From a virus (taxonomy: Duplodnaviria; Caudoviricetes): a DNA stretch of 27,783 nt. The stretch spans positions 1 through 27,783 of IMG/VR virus record IMGVR_UViG_3300024254_000117. One strand, written 5' to 3'. The translations under genes were made by a program, and so were the position numbers. The notes beneath the pieces were generated by a model. It saw only the letters and a program-made list of their open reading frames with translations. It did not search any database and was not told where the DNA came from. Every line of letters starts with the position of its first letter. The stretch's first letter is position 1. Positions 8,978 to 17,263 of this stretch are shown here, one piece after another.

Positions 8978-9268
8978 TTATTCTGTAGGTGTATCTACAG
9001 GTTGTGGTGCTCCAAAGATTTTAGAAAGCTTTTTCTCCTGTTCTTCTATACTGATTTGTCCCTCATTTGCCTGTTTGTGTTTTTCAAAATATTCATCAAA
9101 TGATTCTGCTGGATGATCTGCTGGAAGCTTTAAAAATCTATCACAAGGTATATCATTTACAACATTTTGACACTCAAATAAAAACTCCCCATTGCCATCA
9201 ATACTGCATTTATGAGGTGTTATTACTTGGCATTTAGCACAAAATATATCTTTAGTATAATTAGCCAT
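8978..9268 (-). CDS. Small Cys-rich, putative Zn-binding protein (96 aa)
   Basis: FCAKC...H.C...EC...C pattern; tightly packed in the operon. Confidence 0.6.
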   Translation of the reverse strand: MANYTKDIFCAKCQVITPHKCSIDGNGEFLFECQNVVNDIPCDRFLKLPADHPAESFDEYFEKHKQANEGQISIEEQEKKLSKIFGAPQPVDTPTE

Positions 9269-9270
9269 AT

Positions 9271-9822
9271 TTAATTCTCCTGATATTGTAAGGTAAGTGT
9301 TACTTGAGCAGTATCGCCTGCTGCTGCACTACTTGTTGTTTGCAATTGTGTTGTTAAGAAGTTTGTATAACAGGGATTAGTTGTCATTGATGAAGCTTTA
9401 CCAGTAGCCTCTGGGCCAGTTGCACCAAAGAATACACCAACGCCAGAACCAATTGAAATAGCTGATGTCATGTCAGTTGTCAGGTTGGTGTCAGCAGTTG
9501 TTGAGGGTGTCACATAGAGATATCGTGTACCATCACTAGAACATGCTGGTACACCTTTAAGTGTTAATCCTGTACCAAATGCTGTTGCAGTATGAGCAAA
9601 AAGACCTGATAAGATCTGATTAAATGTACCTGAGAAATGACCAAACTGGTTTTTCTGATAGGAATTATTTCCTGCTGTAATGGGATTAGACGAATAAGCG
9701 GTGGTTGAATCATCAATATTTTTCCAATTTACCTCTGTTCTTGCAGCAGTACGAGTTGTACCTTTTGCAGGTGAGCCTGTTGACGCTCCGTTGTCTTCTT
9801 CAAATTCAAATGTTGCTGCCAT
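9271..9822 (-). CDS. Thr/Ser/Gly-rich virion structural protein (183 aa)
   Basis: Start reassigned to 9822 (MAATFEFEEDNG), just after the terminator of cassette E4. Beta-rich composition with a C-terminal LTLQYQEN. Confidence 0.65.
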   Translation of the reverse strand: MAATFEFEEDNGASTGSPAKGTTRTAARTEVNWKNIDDSTTAYSSNPITAGNNSYQKNQFGHFSGTFNQILSGLFAHTATAFGTGLTLKGVPACSSDGTRYLYVTPSTTADTNLTTDMTSAISIGSGVGVFFGATGPEATGKASSMTTNPCYTNFLTTQLQTTSSAAAGDTAQVTLTLQYQEN

Positions 9823-9910
9823 AAACAAAAAATGAGCCGTCCCCAAAGTGGGTACGACTCTATTTCAATTAGTCATCTCTAGCGTAGCAATATACCAAGT
9901 CTCTTGTCAA
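9823..9910 (-). promoter_or_regulatory. Promoter-hairpin-terminator cassette, copy E4
   Basis: TTGACA-18nt-TACGCT-agagat-GACT AATTGAAATAG AGTC-GTACCCACTTTGGGG ACGGCTC ATTTTTT-GTTT-ATG; terminator stem GAGTCGT/ACGGCTC. Confidence 0.88.
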
Positions 9911-9919
9911 GAGATAGTT

Positions 9920-10246
9920 TCAGGATCTGGTAAGTGAGGCTATTTGTGTTTTTGTTGAATCAGTAAATACTAATACAAGGGTTGCAACCAGTGTCCCTCC
10001 TGCGCCTCCTGTTTTAAAAACATAGGTATCAGTTACTGAATCAGTTGCTGTGTAACTCATATAATCATAAGTTGGAAGATTTAACCCACCTTTATTTAAT
10101 AAACCATTAGTTGAGGTAAGCTTTTCATATTGGAGTGTATTAGGATTCCAGCCAAACAGAATAGAACGTTTGCCAACAATATTTGCACTATCATCACTTT
10201 GATCTTTTTCTATCTGGGAATTGTATTTGATGGGTTTATCAGCCAT
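9920..10246 (-). CDS. Hypothetical virion protein (108 aa)
   Basis: Lies behind cassette E5. C-terminal YDY.......DTYVFKTGGAGGTLVATL motif of the kind seen in phage structural proteins. Confidence 0.6.
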   Translation of the reverse strand: MADKPIKYNSQIEKDQSDDSANIVGKRSILFGWNPNTLQYEKLTSTNGLLNKGGLNLPTYDYMSYTATDSVTDTYVFKTGGAGGTLVATLVLVFTDSTKTQIASLTRS

Positions 10247-10324
10247 AAAAAAGACACACCTTTTGAGTGCGTCTGTATTCAGTAAGACAATTTAAGTATG
10301 AATGAGTTAAGCAGTTATTGTCAA
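10247..10324 (-). promoter_or_regulatory. Promoter-hairpin-terminator cassette, copy E5
   Basis: TTGACA-18nt-CATACT-taaatt-GTCT TACTGAATAC AGAC-GCAC TCAAAAG GTGTGTCT TTTTT-ATG; the ATG directly follows the U-tract. Confidence 0.9.
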
Positions 10325-10471
10325 CTGTTTCAGCTCTTCCCGTATTTGATCCATCGCACGATCAACATCATTTGCATTTCTTGCCAGATATGTTTTAAGC
10401 ATCTGCCTAAAAGTATCTTCTGGGAATTCAACAAACACCTTGTCTGTATCAGTTAATATTGCGTATCTCAT
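10307..10471 (-). CDS. Small hypothetical protein (54 aa)
   Basis: Hand-translated MRYAILTDTDKVFVEFPEDTFRQMLKTYLARNANDVDRAMDQIREELKQLTITA; ATGA overlap with the upstream gene. Confidence 0.55.
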   Translation of the reverse strand: MRYAILTDTDKVFVEFPEDTFRQMLKTYLARNANDVDRAMDQIREELKQLTITA

Positions 10472-10824
10472 CGCATCATTGCATCAGCCTTCTTTGAAAA
10501 TATCCGTGATTTAATACGAAGTTCAATATAGTGGGCCACTCTATCAAGCCTGTTTGGGTTAGTATTATCTCCCATTCTCAGCTCCATATTTCTAAGTTCT
10601 GGAATAATAGCATCATCTTCATAGCCCATCTCTTTAAACCATGATTTGATTCCATCTATTTTATCTGCCATTGCTTCATCTGGTGCTTCAAGATTAAAAT
10701 ACTCTGATAAAACAGGGTCTGCGTTTATTTCTTTACTGCTATTTGGTGCTAATACTTCATTGCCAACTTCCAAAGATTGTCTAAGCTTAATACTAGCTGA
10801 TTGCATTGCGTCTTTTACATCCAT
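10468..10824 (-). CDS. Hypothetical helical protein (118 aa)
   Basis: Likely start MDVKDAMQ at 10824, 2 nt after the glycosyltransferase stop. Confidence 0.6.
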   Translation of the reverse strand: MDVKDAMQSASIKLRQSLEVGNEVLAPNSSKEINADPVLSEYFNLEAPDEAMADKIDGIKSWFKEMGYEDDAIIPELRNMELRMGDNTNPNRLDRVAHYIELRIKSRIFSKKADAMMR

Positions 10825-10826
10825 AG

Positions 10827-11948
10827 TTATAATATACCACGATACGCATCTAAAAAAGTCTTTACATGCGTCTGTGCATTCCATTTCTCTTTTACTTCAT
10901 CCTGTGCAGATAATCCTAATTTACGTCTCAAATCAGCCTTGAGAATCAATTGCTCCATGTTGGTATAAAACTGCTCTGGTGAATCATAATACAAAGCTGC
11001 ATTAATCCCACTCTTACTATATGGTAGGATGTTTGCAACAACACTTGGTACTCCCATGGCTGAGAACTCATACAACTTTATTGAACTTTTATAATGGTTG
11101 AAAGGTAAGTCAGCTAGGGGAATAATAGCAGCATCTAAATTAAGAAGCATTGTATGATAGGAATACGCTTCAAATGACACCCATGGATGCACTTCGACAA
11201 AATCTAATAAATCTTTATCAATAAGACCTGTAAATGCTGAACCTGCAAGAATCAATTTAAACTTATATTTCCTTATTAATTTATTGAGTGGTTCTTTTAG
11301 TGAGAACCAATCTTCATAGTGTGAGATGCCACCACTCCACCCTACCCGTAGTTGTTCATTTTCTTTAAAGTTTGGTTTCCACCAGACATTCGTATTTATT
11401 GCATTGGGAAGGATTGCAACTCGTTTATTAAATTGTCTGGCATATTCAGCAAGTTTTCCAGTAGTAACTGAGATCATATCAACCTTACGCATTCCAAGCA
11501 TTAGATCCATGATTCTTTTTCTATTAAGTACTTCATCAAAACCCTCTTTCCCATTCTTCCAAAGCCATTGCTTTGTCCCATTATCATAATATTCTTTCGT
11601 TCCATATTCTTTGTAATGCTGTGAGTAAGGTGAAATAAGCTCGATATTGTCATCTATATCTAAGACTGTCTTTGCGTGAAATGGTTCTATCTTAGCCTCC
11701 TTTGCATATTCATTAGCAGCATCTTTGAGCATTTGCAGGCCAACCTCTGCACCCTGTCTTATTACTAAAATATCTGAAGCACAGAGAGCTTGCAGAATTG
11801 CAACAGGATCATCAGCTTCTTTATCTATGACATGTGTATCAGAATCTGAATATTCCTGGATCATTTCAAAGGGTTGTCTGACACGCATCCATCCACACCC
11901 GCCTCTATCAACTGGTAATGATAATATTTTTATTGGTTTTGCAGCCAT
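10827..11948 (-). CDS. GT-B fold (GT4-like) glycosyltransferase
   Basis: Motifs GGCGWMRVRQP, VLDIDD, ILPNAI, RVGWSGG.SH, D.AIIPL...FN..KS.IKLYEFSAMGVPSV. Confidence 0.88.
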   Translation of the reverse strand: MAAKPIKILSLPVDRGGCGWMRVRQPFEMIQEYSDSDTHVIDKEADDPVAILQALCASDILVIRQGAEVGLQMLKDAANEYAKEAKIEPFHAKTVLDIDDNIELISPYSQHYKEYGTKEYYDNGTKQWLWKNGKEGFDEVLNRKRIMDLMLGMRKVDMISVTTGKLAEYARQFNKRVAILPNAINTNVWWKPNFKENEQLRVGWSGGISHYEDWFSLKEPLNKLIRKYKFKLILAGSAFTGLIDKDLLDFVEVHPWVSFEAYSYHTMLLNLDAAIIPLADLPFNHYKSSIKLYEFSAMGVPSVVANILPYSKSGINAALYYDSPEQFYTNMEQLILKADLRRKLGLSAQDEVKEKWNAQTHVKTFLDAYRGIL

Positions 11949-12880
11949 TGTAATAACCTCTCAAAGCCCTGTTTAGTAGTAAATTTATTCCTATATTTGT
12001 AATACATATCATATTTCTTATTACTGCAACCTCTGGCTAATACGCCTGAAGGTTTGTCTTTTGTATGCTCAAATTTAGGCTCAAATCCAAGTATTTCACA
12101 GCATATTTTCGCCACATCATCTACGGTTACTTCTTCTTCAGAACCGATATTAACAGCTCCGTGATATTCCTTAGCCATTAATACTTCATAGATCTTTTCC
12201 ATTGCATCTTCTATATAGGTAAAGGTTCTTATTTGCTTACCATTCCCCCAGATTTCAATAGGCTTATGAGTTCTTTGTGATTCTATAGCCTTAGTTGCAA
12301 TAGCTGTTGGAAATTTCATTCTTTCCCCTTCAATCTCCTGATACTCTCCAAAAACAGTATGTTGAATCCCAACTCTCGCATCAAAAGGAGCACGTTCACA
12401 AAGCTTTGTCATCATAAGCTTTTCCCAGCCGTACATTTGATCTGCCTCGGCTGAATAATTAAGGAGGTTTTCTTCTAGCATCGGTGCATCCCCTTCACGC
12501 ATTTGTAAATTAACTGGATAGATACAAGCACTTGAAGAGTAATAAAGACGCTTCACTTTCATAGCCTGACATGCTTGTAAAATATTCATATCCATTGTCA
12601 TATTATTGATATAAGGCGTGTAATCATTGGCTGAGAAATACCCAACTCCGCCCATATCTGCTTGTAATGCAACAACATAATCCATGCCTTCAACTGCTAA
12701 CAAACAATTACTTAATACACGTAAATCCAATGCTGTTACTTGATCCGCATATTTATATAAAGCAGCTCGTGCAGGCTTAAATGATCTGCCAACAGCTCTT
12801 ACATAATGACCTTTCTCTTTGAGAAATTTAATCATGTTTGCCCCCATAAATCCTGATCCACCCAATACAACAATTTTCAT
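11930..12880 (-). CDS. NAD-dependent epimerase, GDP-mannose 3,5-epimerase-like extended SDR
   Basis: GGSGFMG Rossmann motif, ADMGGVGY, SSACIYP, YGWEK (YxxxK) and IEIWGNGKQIRTFTYIED; ADMGG and SSACIYP are characteristic of the GME subgroup. Confidence 0.88.
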   Translation of the reverse strand: MKIVVLGGSGFMGANMIKFLKEKGHYVRAVGRSFKPARAALYKYADQVTALDLRVLSNCLLAVEGMDYVVALQADMGGVGYFSANDYTPYINNMTMDMNILQACQAMKVKRLYYSSSACIYPVNLQMREGDAPMLEENLLNYSAEADQMYGWEKLMMTKLCERAPFDARVGIQHTVFGEYQEIEGERMKFPTAIATKAIESQRTHKPIEIWGNGKQIRTFTYIEDAMEKIYEVLMAKEYHGAVNIGSEEEVTVDDVAKICCEILGFEPKFEHTKDKPSGVLARGCSNKKYDMYYKYRNKFTTKQGFERLLQWLQNQ

Positions 12881-13074
12881 AATAAATTTCTAATTCTCCA
12901 TTGTTTTGATGCTTCTACACGATATTCTCTATGACGGTAATAATATTTTTTAAATCGTTCACTCATTATTCTTCTGCTTAACTCAGGGTTATCTCTTTGG
13001 AATCGTAATTGTCTTTTTCTCTCTCGTGATATAGGTAAGTCAGTAAATTCATCAACTATCTTTGGTCTTGCCAT
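12877..13074 (-). CDS. Small Arg/Lys-rich basic protein (65 aa)
   Basis: Overlaps both neighbouring genes; SRERKRQLRFQR and KKYYYRHRE segments. Confidence 0.55.
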   Translation of the reverse strand: MARPKIVDEFTDLPISRERKRQLRFQRDNPELSRRIMSERFKKYYYRHREYRVEASKQWRIRNLL

Positions 13075-13748
13075 AAATGCCTCCTTTGCATAAATGTATT
13101 CCTATCTTGCCCTTCACTTCTCAGCCCTCGTTTATAAGTTTCATCAACTTGAGCTTTCCCCCATGCAAAATGATTATGTTCCACCTTACTTTCTGGGCAA
13201 TAGTTATATACTCCACGACTCATGGCGGTCTCAGTTAATTCAACATCTGTGTAATTATGCACATAGGGATATAAAACCGTGTCTTTCATATCAATAACAC
13301 CAGAATATTTTTTAATATAATCTCGTGCCACTAAGTAATGCGTGGAGTTTCTTTGCTCTCCAATTGGGATCTGCCCTAAATCATTTGTCCCAACAACCTT
13401 GATCTTGTCAGACATATGAGATAAAGCTTCTTCTAACCAATTAACATAAAATCCCAAATCATCAGCACCTGTGAAAAAATATGGCTCACGAGTTTTATGG
13501 TAAGCAGTATTGATAGCATCTGCATAACAAGGCTTGCCCTCGTTAACAATTAGCTTTGCTCGCAGTGGTTTTATTGCATCAATTGTTGCTTGATCTCCAT
13601 TTTCAACAATGAAATATAGCTCAAATAAATCAGGGGGTGTATTCTCATAGAGATTGTCGACAACTCTAGACAACTCATGAGGACGGCCAAAAGTAGGAAT
13701 AAAAATACCCACCTGTTTTGTTTTTTGTTTTTTAGGTATATTAAACAT
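13056..13748 (-). CDS. GT-A fold (GT2-like) glycosyltransferase
   Basis: Motifs IFIPTFGRP, AINTAY, FTGADD (DxD-like), HNYTD.EL and VEHNH. ATG at 13748 preferred over the TTG at 13766. Confidence 0.85.
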   Translation of the reverse strand: MFNIPKKQKTKQVGIFIPTFGRPHELSRVVDNLYENTPPDLFELYFIVENGDQATIDAIKPLRAKLIVNEGKPCYADAINTAYHKTREPYFFTGADDLGFYVNWLEEALSHMSDKIKVVGTNDLGQIPIGEQRNSTHYLVARDYIKKYSGVIDMKDTVLYPYVHNYTDVELTETAMSRGVYNYCPESKVEHNHFAWGKAQVDETYKRGLRSEGQDRNTFMQRRHLWQDQR

Positions 13749-13752
13749 TAAA

Positions 13753-13962
13753 TTATTGTTCTTCAAATATTATTTTCACTATATATGCTTTTCCTTCCTT
13801 GTCCTCAAAAAGATGAACTAATTTTTTATTATCTTTTTGATCTATCAGACATTTCTCAAGAAATTCATCAATACCCAGTTTTTTTAAACGTTGTTTCTTT
13901 GTTTCCTGCGATTCGATTCTCATTCGATCTATAAAACTGTCAATTTTCTCTCCTAATGTCAT
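13753..13962 (-). CDS. Hypothetical protein (69 aa)
   Basis: ATGA coupling with the upstream glycosyltransferase. Confidence 0.55.
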   Translation of the reverse strand: MTLGEKIDSFIDRMRIESQETKKQRLKKLGIDEFLEKCLIDQKDNKKLVHLFEDKEGKAYIVKIIFEEQ

Positions 13963-14816
13963 ACAAATTCATACTCCTTTAAAACACTCTCAGCCATGTA
14001 TTTACTATCGAATAACTCTATATTTTTAGGGATGTCATAGGTTGCTTTTTGTAGAATATGCCCTTGTTCATCAACATCGTAGACAAGTCCCGGTTTGCCA
14101 CACAGCCAGCCCTCAATTGTGGTGCGTCCTACAAAAATCCCTGCTGTTTCATCACATTCTTTAACCAAATCTTCAATATTCCATCTGCTATGCAAGAATT
14201 CAACGTTATTAGGTAGATTTTCACCAAAAGGATTAAGAGGCAAGACAAGCTTTAACACATGCCCTTCACTTTCAGCAGCATCTTTAACTAAATCCATAAT
14301 TACATCTCGTCTTAGATGGTCAAATGTCCCAACAAACAGCGTGGTATATTTCTTATTCTTACGAGGCGTGTAATCAGTATTAAACCGTGTTGTATCAACA
14401 CCATTCCATACAACAGCAGTTTTCCCATTCAACTCTTTATATCTATCATTCCAGAACTTTTTAATTTCAGGTCTAACTGCAATATATTTGCCTATCTTTT
14501 CATCTATTAATGGTTCTTCATAGGATAAAAGCGAGTGTAATACTTGCATATGAAAGGCGTTAGGAAAAGCTTTGAGAGCATAGCTTGTTGGTTGTGGTTG
14601 CGAGTTAATTACTAAATCAGGCTCAAATTCAGGATGGTCAAAGAAAGGATAAATATTTACTTCTGAAGGAGTTTTAGCAGCAATTTCCCCACCAATTTGA
14701 TTAGCAAGAATAGTCACCTCAGCGTTGCGTTTAAATAACTCACGGGCCAACTCATAAGTCCACAATTCAGCACCTGTGAGATATTTATAATTATTGAGTG
14801 TTAAAACTATTTTCAT
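13959..14816 (-). CDS. GT-B fold (GT4-like) glycosyltransferase
   Basis: Motifs MKIVL......TGAELWTYELAREL, VWNGVDTTRF, LFVG and GRTTIEGWLCGKP. Start at 14816 via ATGA overlap. Confidence 0.82.
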   Translation of the reverse strand: MKIVLTLNNYKYLTGAELWTYELARELFKRNAEVTILANQIGGEIAAKTPSEVNIYPFFDHPEFEPDLVINSQPQPTSYALKAFPNAFHMQVLHSLLSYEEPLIDEKIGKYIAVRPEIKKFWNDRYKELNGKTAVVWNGVDTTRFNTDYTPRKNKKYTTLFVGTFDHLRRDVIMDLVKDAAESEGHVLKLVLPLNPFGENLPNNVEFLHSRWNIEDLVKECDETAGIFVGRTTIEGWLCGKPGLVYDVDEQGHILQKATYDIPKNIELFDSKYMAESVLKEYEFV

Positions 14817-15184
14817 CGAATATCGTTTGTTAATCTCCAAGGTAATATCAATTCATGTCTCAACACCTTCGGATTAATCTCCCACCCAAATCCATACATA
14901 GGTTTGAATACTGCCTTACAAAATTCATAAACATACCCATTAGGAAAACGTACTAACTCTCTATGTGATTTGTCTTTCCACCCATGCTGAAAAGCTTTTG
15001 TGTCCCTTGCATTTTTATATAATGATAAGATTTGAGGATCGTTATATGTTTCATAAATCATTGATCTAGCATATTCATTCCATTTATCAGCTTGAGCAAT
15101 TAAGCTAAGACGTAATTTCTCATCATTTACAACAGGGAATTGATCTGAAAGTTTTTGTGGTTTTGATACAAACTTACTTGCCAT
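14813..15184 (-). CDS. Hypothetical protein (123 aa), first gene of the glycosylation operon
   Basis: Start MASKFVSK at 15184, directly after cassette E6; the ORF-track extension runs through the terminator. Confidence 0.6.
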   Translation of the reverse strand: MASKFVSKPQKLSDQFPVVNDEKLRLSLIAQADKWNEYARSMIYETYNDPQILSLYKNARDTKAFQHGWKDKSHRELVRFPNGYVYEFCKAVFKPMYGFGWEINPKVLRHELILPWRLTNDIR

Positions 15185-15273
15185 ACAACGCAAAAAAACC
15201 GCACACCAAAATAGATGTACGGCTTCATTCAATTAGCCAACAGTATAATATACCCTAACCTTCTACTTGTAAA
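15185..15273 (-). promoter_or_regulatory. Promoter-hairpin-terminator cassette, copy E6
   Basis: TTTACA-17nt-TATTAT-actgtt-GGCT AATTGAATGA AGCC-GTACATC TATTTT GGTGTGCGGTT TTTTT-GCGTTGT-ATG. Confidence 0.85.
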
Positions 15274-15292
15274 CTATATCTATCTATAACAC

Positions 15293-15337
15293 GCAAAGAA
15301 GCTCCCCCATCATTGAGAAGAGAGAGCCTACTTCGCC
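15293..15337 (-). terminator. Stem-loop after the capsid gene (terminator or mRNA stabiliser)
   Basis: Minus strand GCGAAG-TAGGCTCTCTC...GGGGGAGCTT-CTTTGC, a long imperfect stem with a weak U tract. Confidence 0.45.
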
Positions 15338-15351
15338 TGGACAAAAATTAA

Positions 15352-16248
15352 CTAGGATGTTGAAAGGTTCTGATTAGAACCACTTGCAGCTTCGTTTCTC
15401 GCTTCAAGTGTCAACTCCATAACAAGTGCTCCACGTTTTGCATCACCAACAGTTGCCACATCAACGGGTTTGAGGCCACGTAATATAGCTACCGCCCACT
15501 TGTCAGTTTCAAGAATAGCTGTTTTAGCAGTATCCATGAAAGGATCAAGTTTGATGGTTTGCATACCAAAGTCTGACTCATATGCTGAGACATAATTGGA
15601 TAACTTGGAATTACCTTGCATTTGGATTTGACGTACATTAGGCGTTGAGAAAGCTGAAATCTGCCGTTTCTGGAAACCGTTTACATATGTTGTATCAGGT
15701 CTTCCACCAGCAGCCCAGATTGTCTGAAGTGCATTGTTATAAAGCGTTTCAGTCAAGTAATGGGCAGCAGTTCCAGTACCAGTTTCAACGTTTGTTGCGA
15801 TATACGTTAATATACCTTTCAAACGTCTTGCTGTACCGGATGCACCGGAATTACCAGTACCTGTGATAAGTGCTTTTTCAACATCAGTTGCAATTTCTTT
15901 TATACGTTTCTGCATTTGATATGCAAATTCGTCATCAAGACCTGCTACATTAACTGCTCTTTGCGTTTCAGAGACCTCAACAGCTTTTGTAAAGATCTGT
16001 GTCCTGTTTCCAAGACGAGTTCTTACTGCTGGGATAGCAAATGAATAATCTGCACCTTCGATTTGTGCGTTATCACTTCCCGTACTAAGCGTGTCAGTTT
16101 GCCATTCATGATAGGTTGCATATGCTTTGACTTTAGGCAAGTCATTGTATATAGGCGTATCATGAAGCGTGATGGTAGCAATCAGATCTGTTAAATCTTC
16201 TCTATCACCAACTGCGTCAAAAGTTTTAAGTGCTGTACTTTGAGACAT
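15352..16248 (-). CDS. Major capsid protein, SU10/DUF5309-type HK97 fold
   Basis: DREDLTDLI...TP...ATYHEWQTD.L...NAQIEGAD...R..N.TQIF.K...VS.T and YESDFG motifs; strong SD AGGAGGTGA; follows the scaffold gene. Confidence 0.92.
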   Translation of the reverse strand: MSQSTALKTFDAVGDREDLTDLIATITLHDTPIYNDLPKVKAYATYHEWQTDTLSTGSDNAQIEGADYSFAIPAVRTRLGNRTQIFTKAVEVSETQRAVNVAGLDDEFAYQMQKRIKEIATDVEKALITGTGNSGASGTARRLKGILTYIATNVETGTGTAAHYLTETLYNNALQTIWAAGGRPDTTYVNGFQKRQISAFSTPNVRQIQMQGNSKLSNYVSAYESDFGMQTIKLDPFMDTAKTAILETDKWAVAILRGLKPVDVATVGDAKRGALVMELTLEARNEAASGSNQNLSTS

Positions 16249-16273
16249 GTAATCACCTCCTATCTCAGATCAT

Positions 16274-16996
16274 TTAGCTTTTCGAGAGCCGTCTCTTGAT
16301 TAGTAAATGAACTGCATTTGGATCGCCGTCTTGAGCGGCTTTTTTAAGATCATCACTTGTTACACCAGTATTCGCACTTCCCGTTCCATTGCTTGATTCA
16401 GATTGCACACCACGAGTTTTACTTAATGCTGATTGAATGCGTGCATTCATGATTTCAGCATCGTGCATCTGTTTATATGCAATCTCTAAGCCCTTAGCAT
16501 TACTCATGCCAAGTTGTATTGCATAATCTGTTACAGCTTGAGCGTCATATTTAGGCAGTCCATCTTTTCCGTTATATTTACTTGCCAGGCGAGTATGCTC
16601 TTGTTCTACTGCATTGACCGCTTCTTGTCGCTGTATTTCTTCTTTTGATACAAAACCTAATTCAGGTGCTAATTCTTTAATCAAACCTTTCAGTTGCTCT
16701 TTAGCAGCTACAACTTCAGCAGGTTGCTGGGGTTGTAATTGTTGTGCAATTTGATTCTGTTGATTTCTGATTGCCTGAAGTTCTGCCTGAGTTTTTCTGA
16801 AGTTATCATTAACCTCTTTAAACCTGTCATAGGGCACGGTTTTATCTCCAGCTTCAGCAGACTGATTATTCTCCCCGTTTTCAGTAGGGTTTTGTTCTGT
16901 AGTCTCTAAAGCTGGCGTTTGTTCACTCGGTGATGAGCCAGTGTCAGTTGTCGTGTCTGGTTGTGTGTTTACATCTGTTTGGATATTTTCATCCAT
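16274..16996 (-). CDS. Capsid scaffolding protein
   Basis: Acidic disordered N-terminus, VPYDRFKEVN motif and coiled coil; lies between portal and capsid; SD AAAGGAGGT. Confidence 0.85.
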   Translation of the reverse strand: MDENIQTDVNTQPDTTTDTGSSPSEQTPALETTEQNPTENGENNQSAEAGDKTVPYDRFKEVNDNFRKTQAELQAIRNQQNQIAQQLQPQQPAEVVAAKEQLKGLIKELAPELGFVSKEEIQRQEAVNAVEQEHTRLASKYNGKDGLPKYDAQAVTDYAIQLGMSNAKGLEIAYKQMHDAEIMNARIQSALSKTRGVQSESSNGTGSANTGVTSDDLKKAAQDGDPNAVHLLIKRRLSKS

Positions 16997-17129
16997 AGTT
17001 TTACCTCCTTTCTCGGTCTAACAACGCATTTAACGTGCCTTCGCCACGATGGTTAGCCGTATATTTCAGTCAGTTTTCAATTTGACTGAGAAAAGGGAAC
17101 GGCTGCCCAGCACATTCCCTCATACTCAA

Positions 17130-17261
17130 TCAGCAAGCTGCTTTCTTGCTATTTGTTTGAGTGCTGGTAACGAAACCAGCCTTATTTGTTGCTTGTACTC
17201 CAGTTTTCATTGATTTTTTCAGCTTCTTAGCTGTTTTTTGCATATATCCTTTATTAGCCAT
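17130..17261 (-). CDS. Small basic protein (43 aa)
   Basis: Hand-translated MANKGYMQKTAKKLKKSMKTGVQATNKAGFVTSTQTNSKKAAC; starts 2 nt after the upstream stop. Confidence 0.5.
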   Translation of the reverse strand: MANKGYMQKTAKKLKKSMKTGVQATNKAGFVTSTQTNSKKAAC

Positions 17262-17263
17262 AA

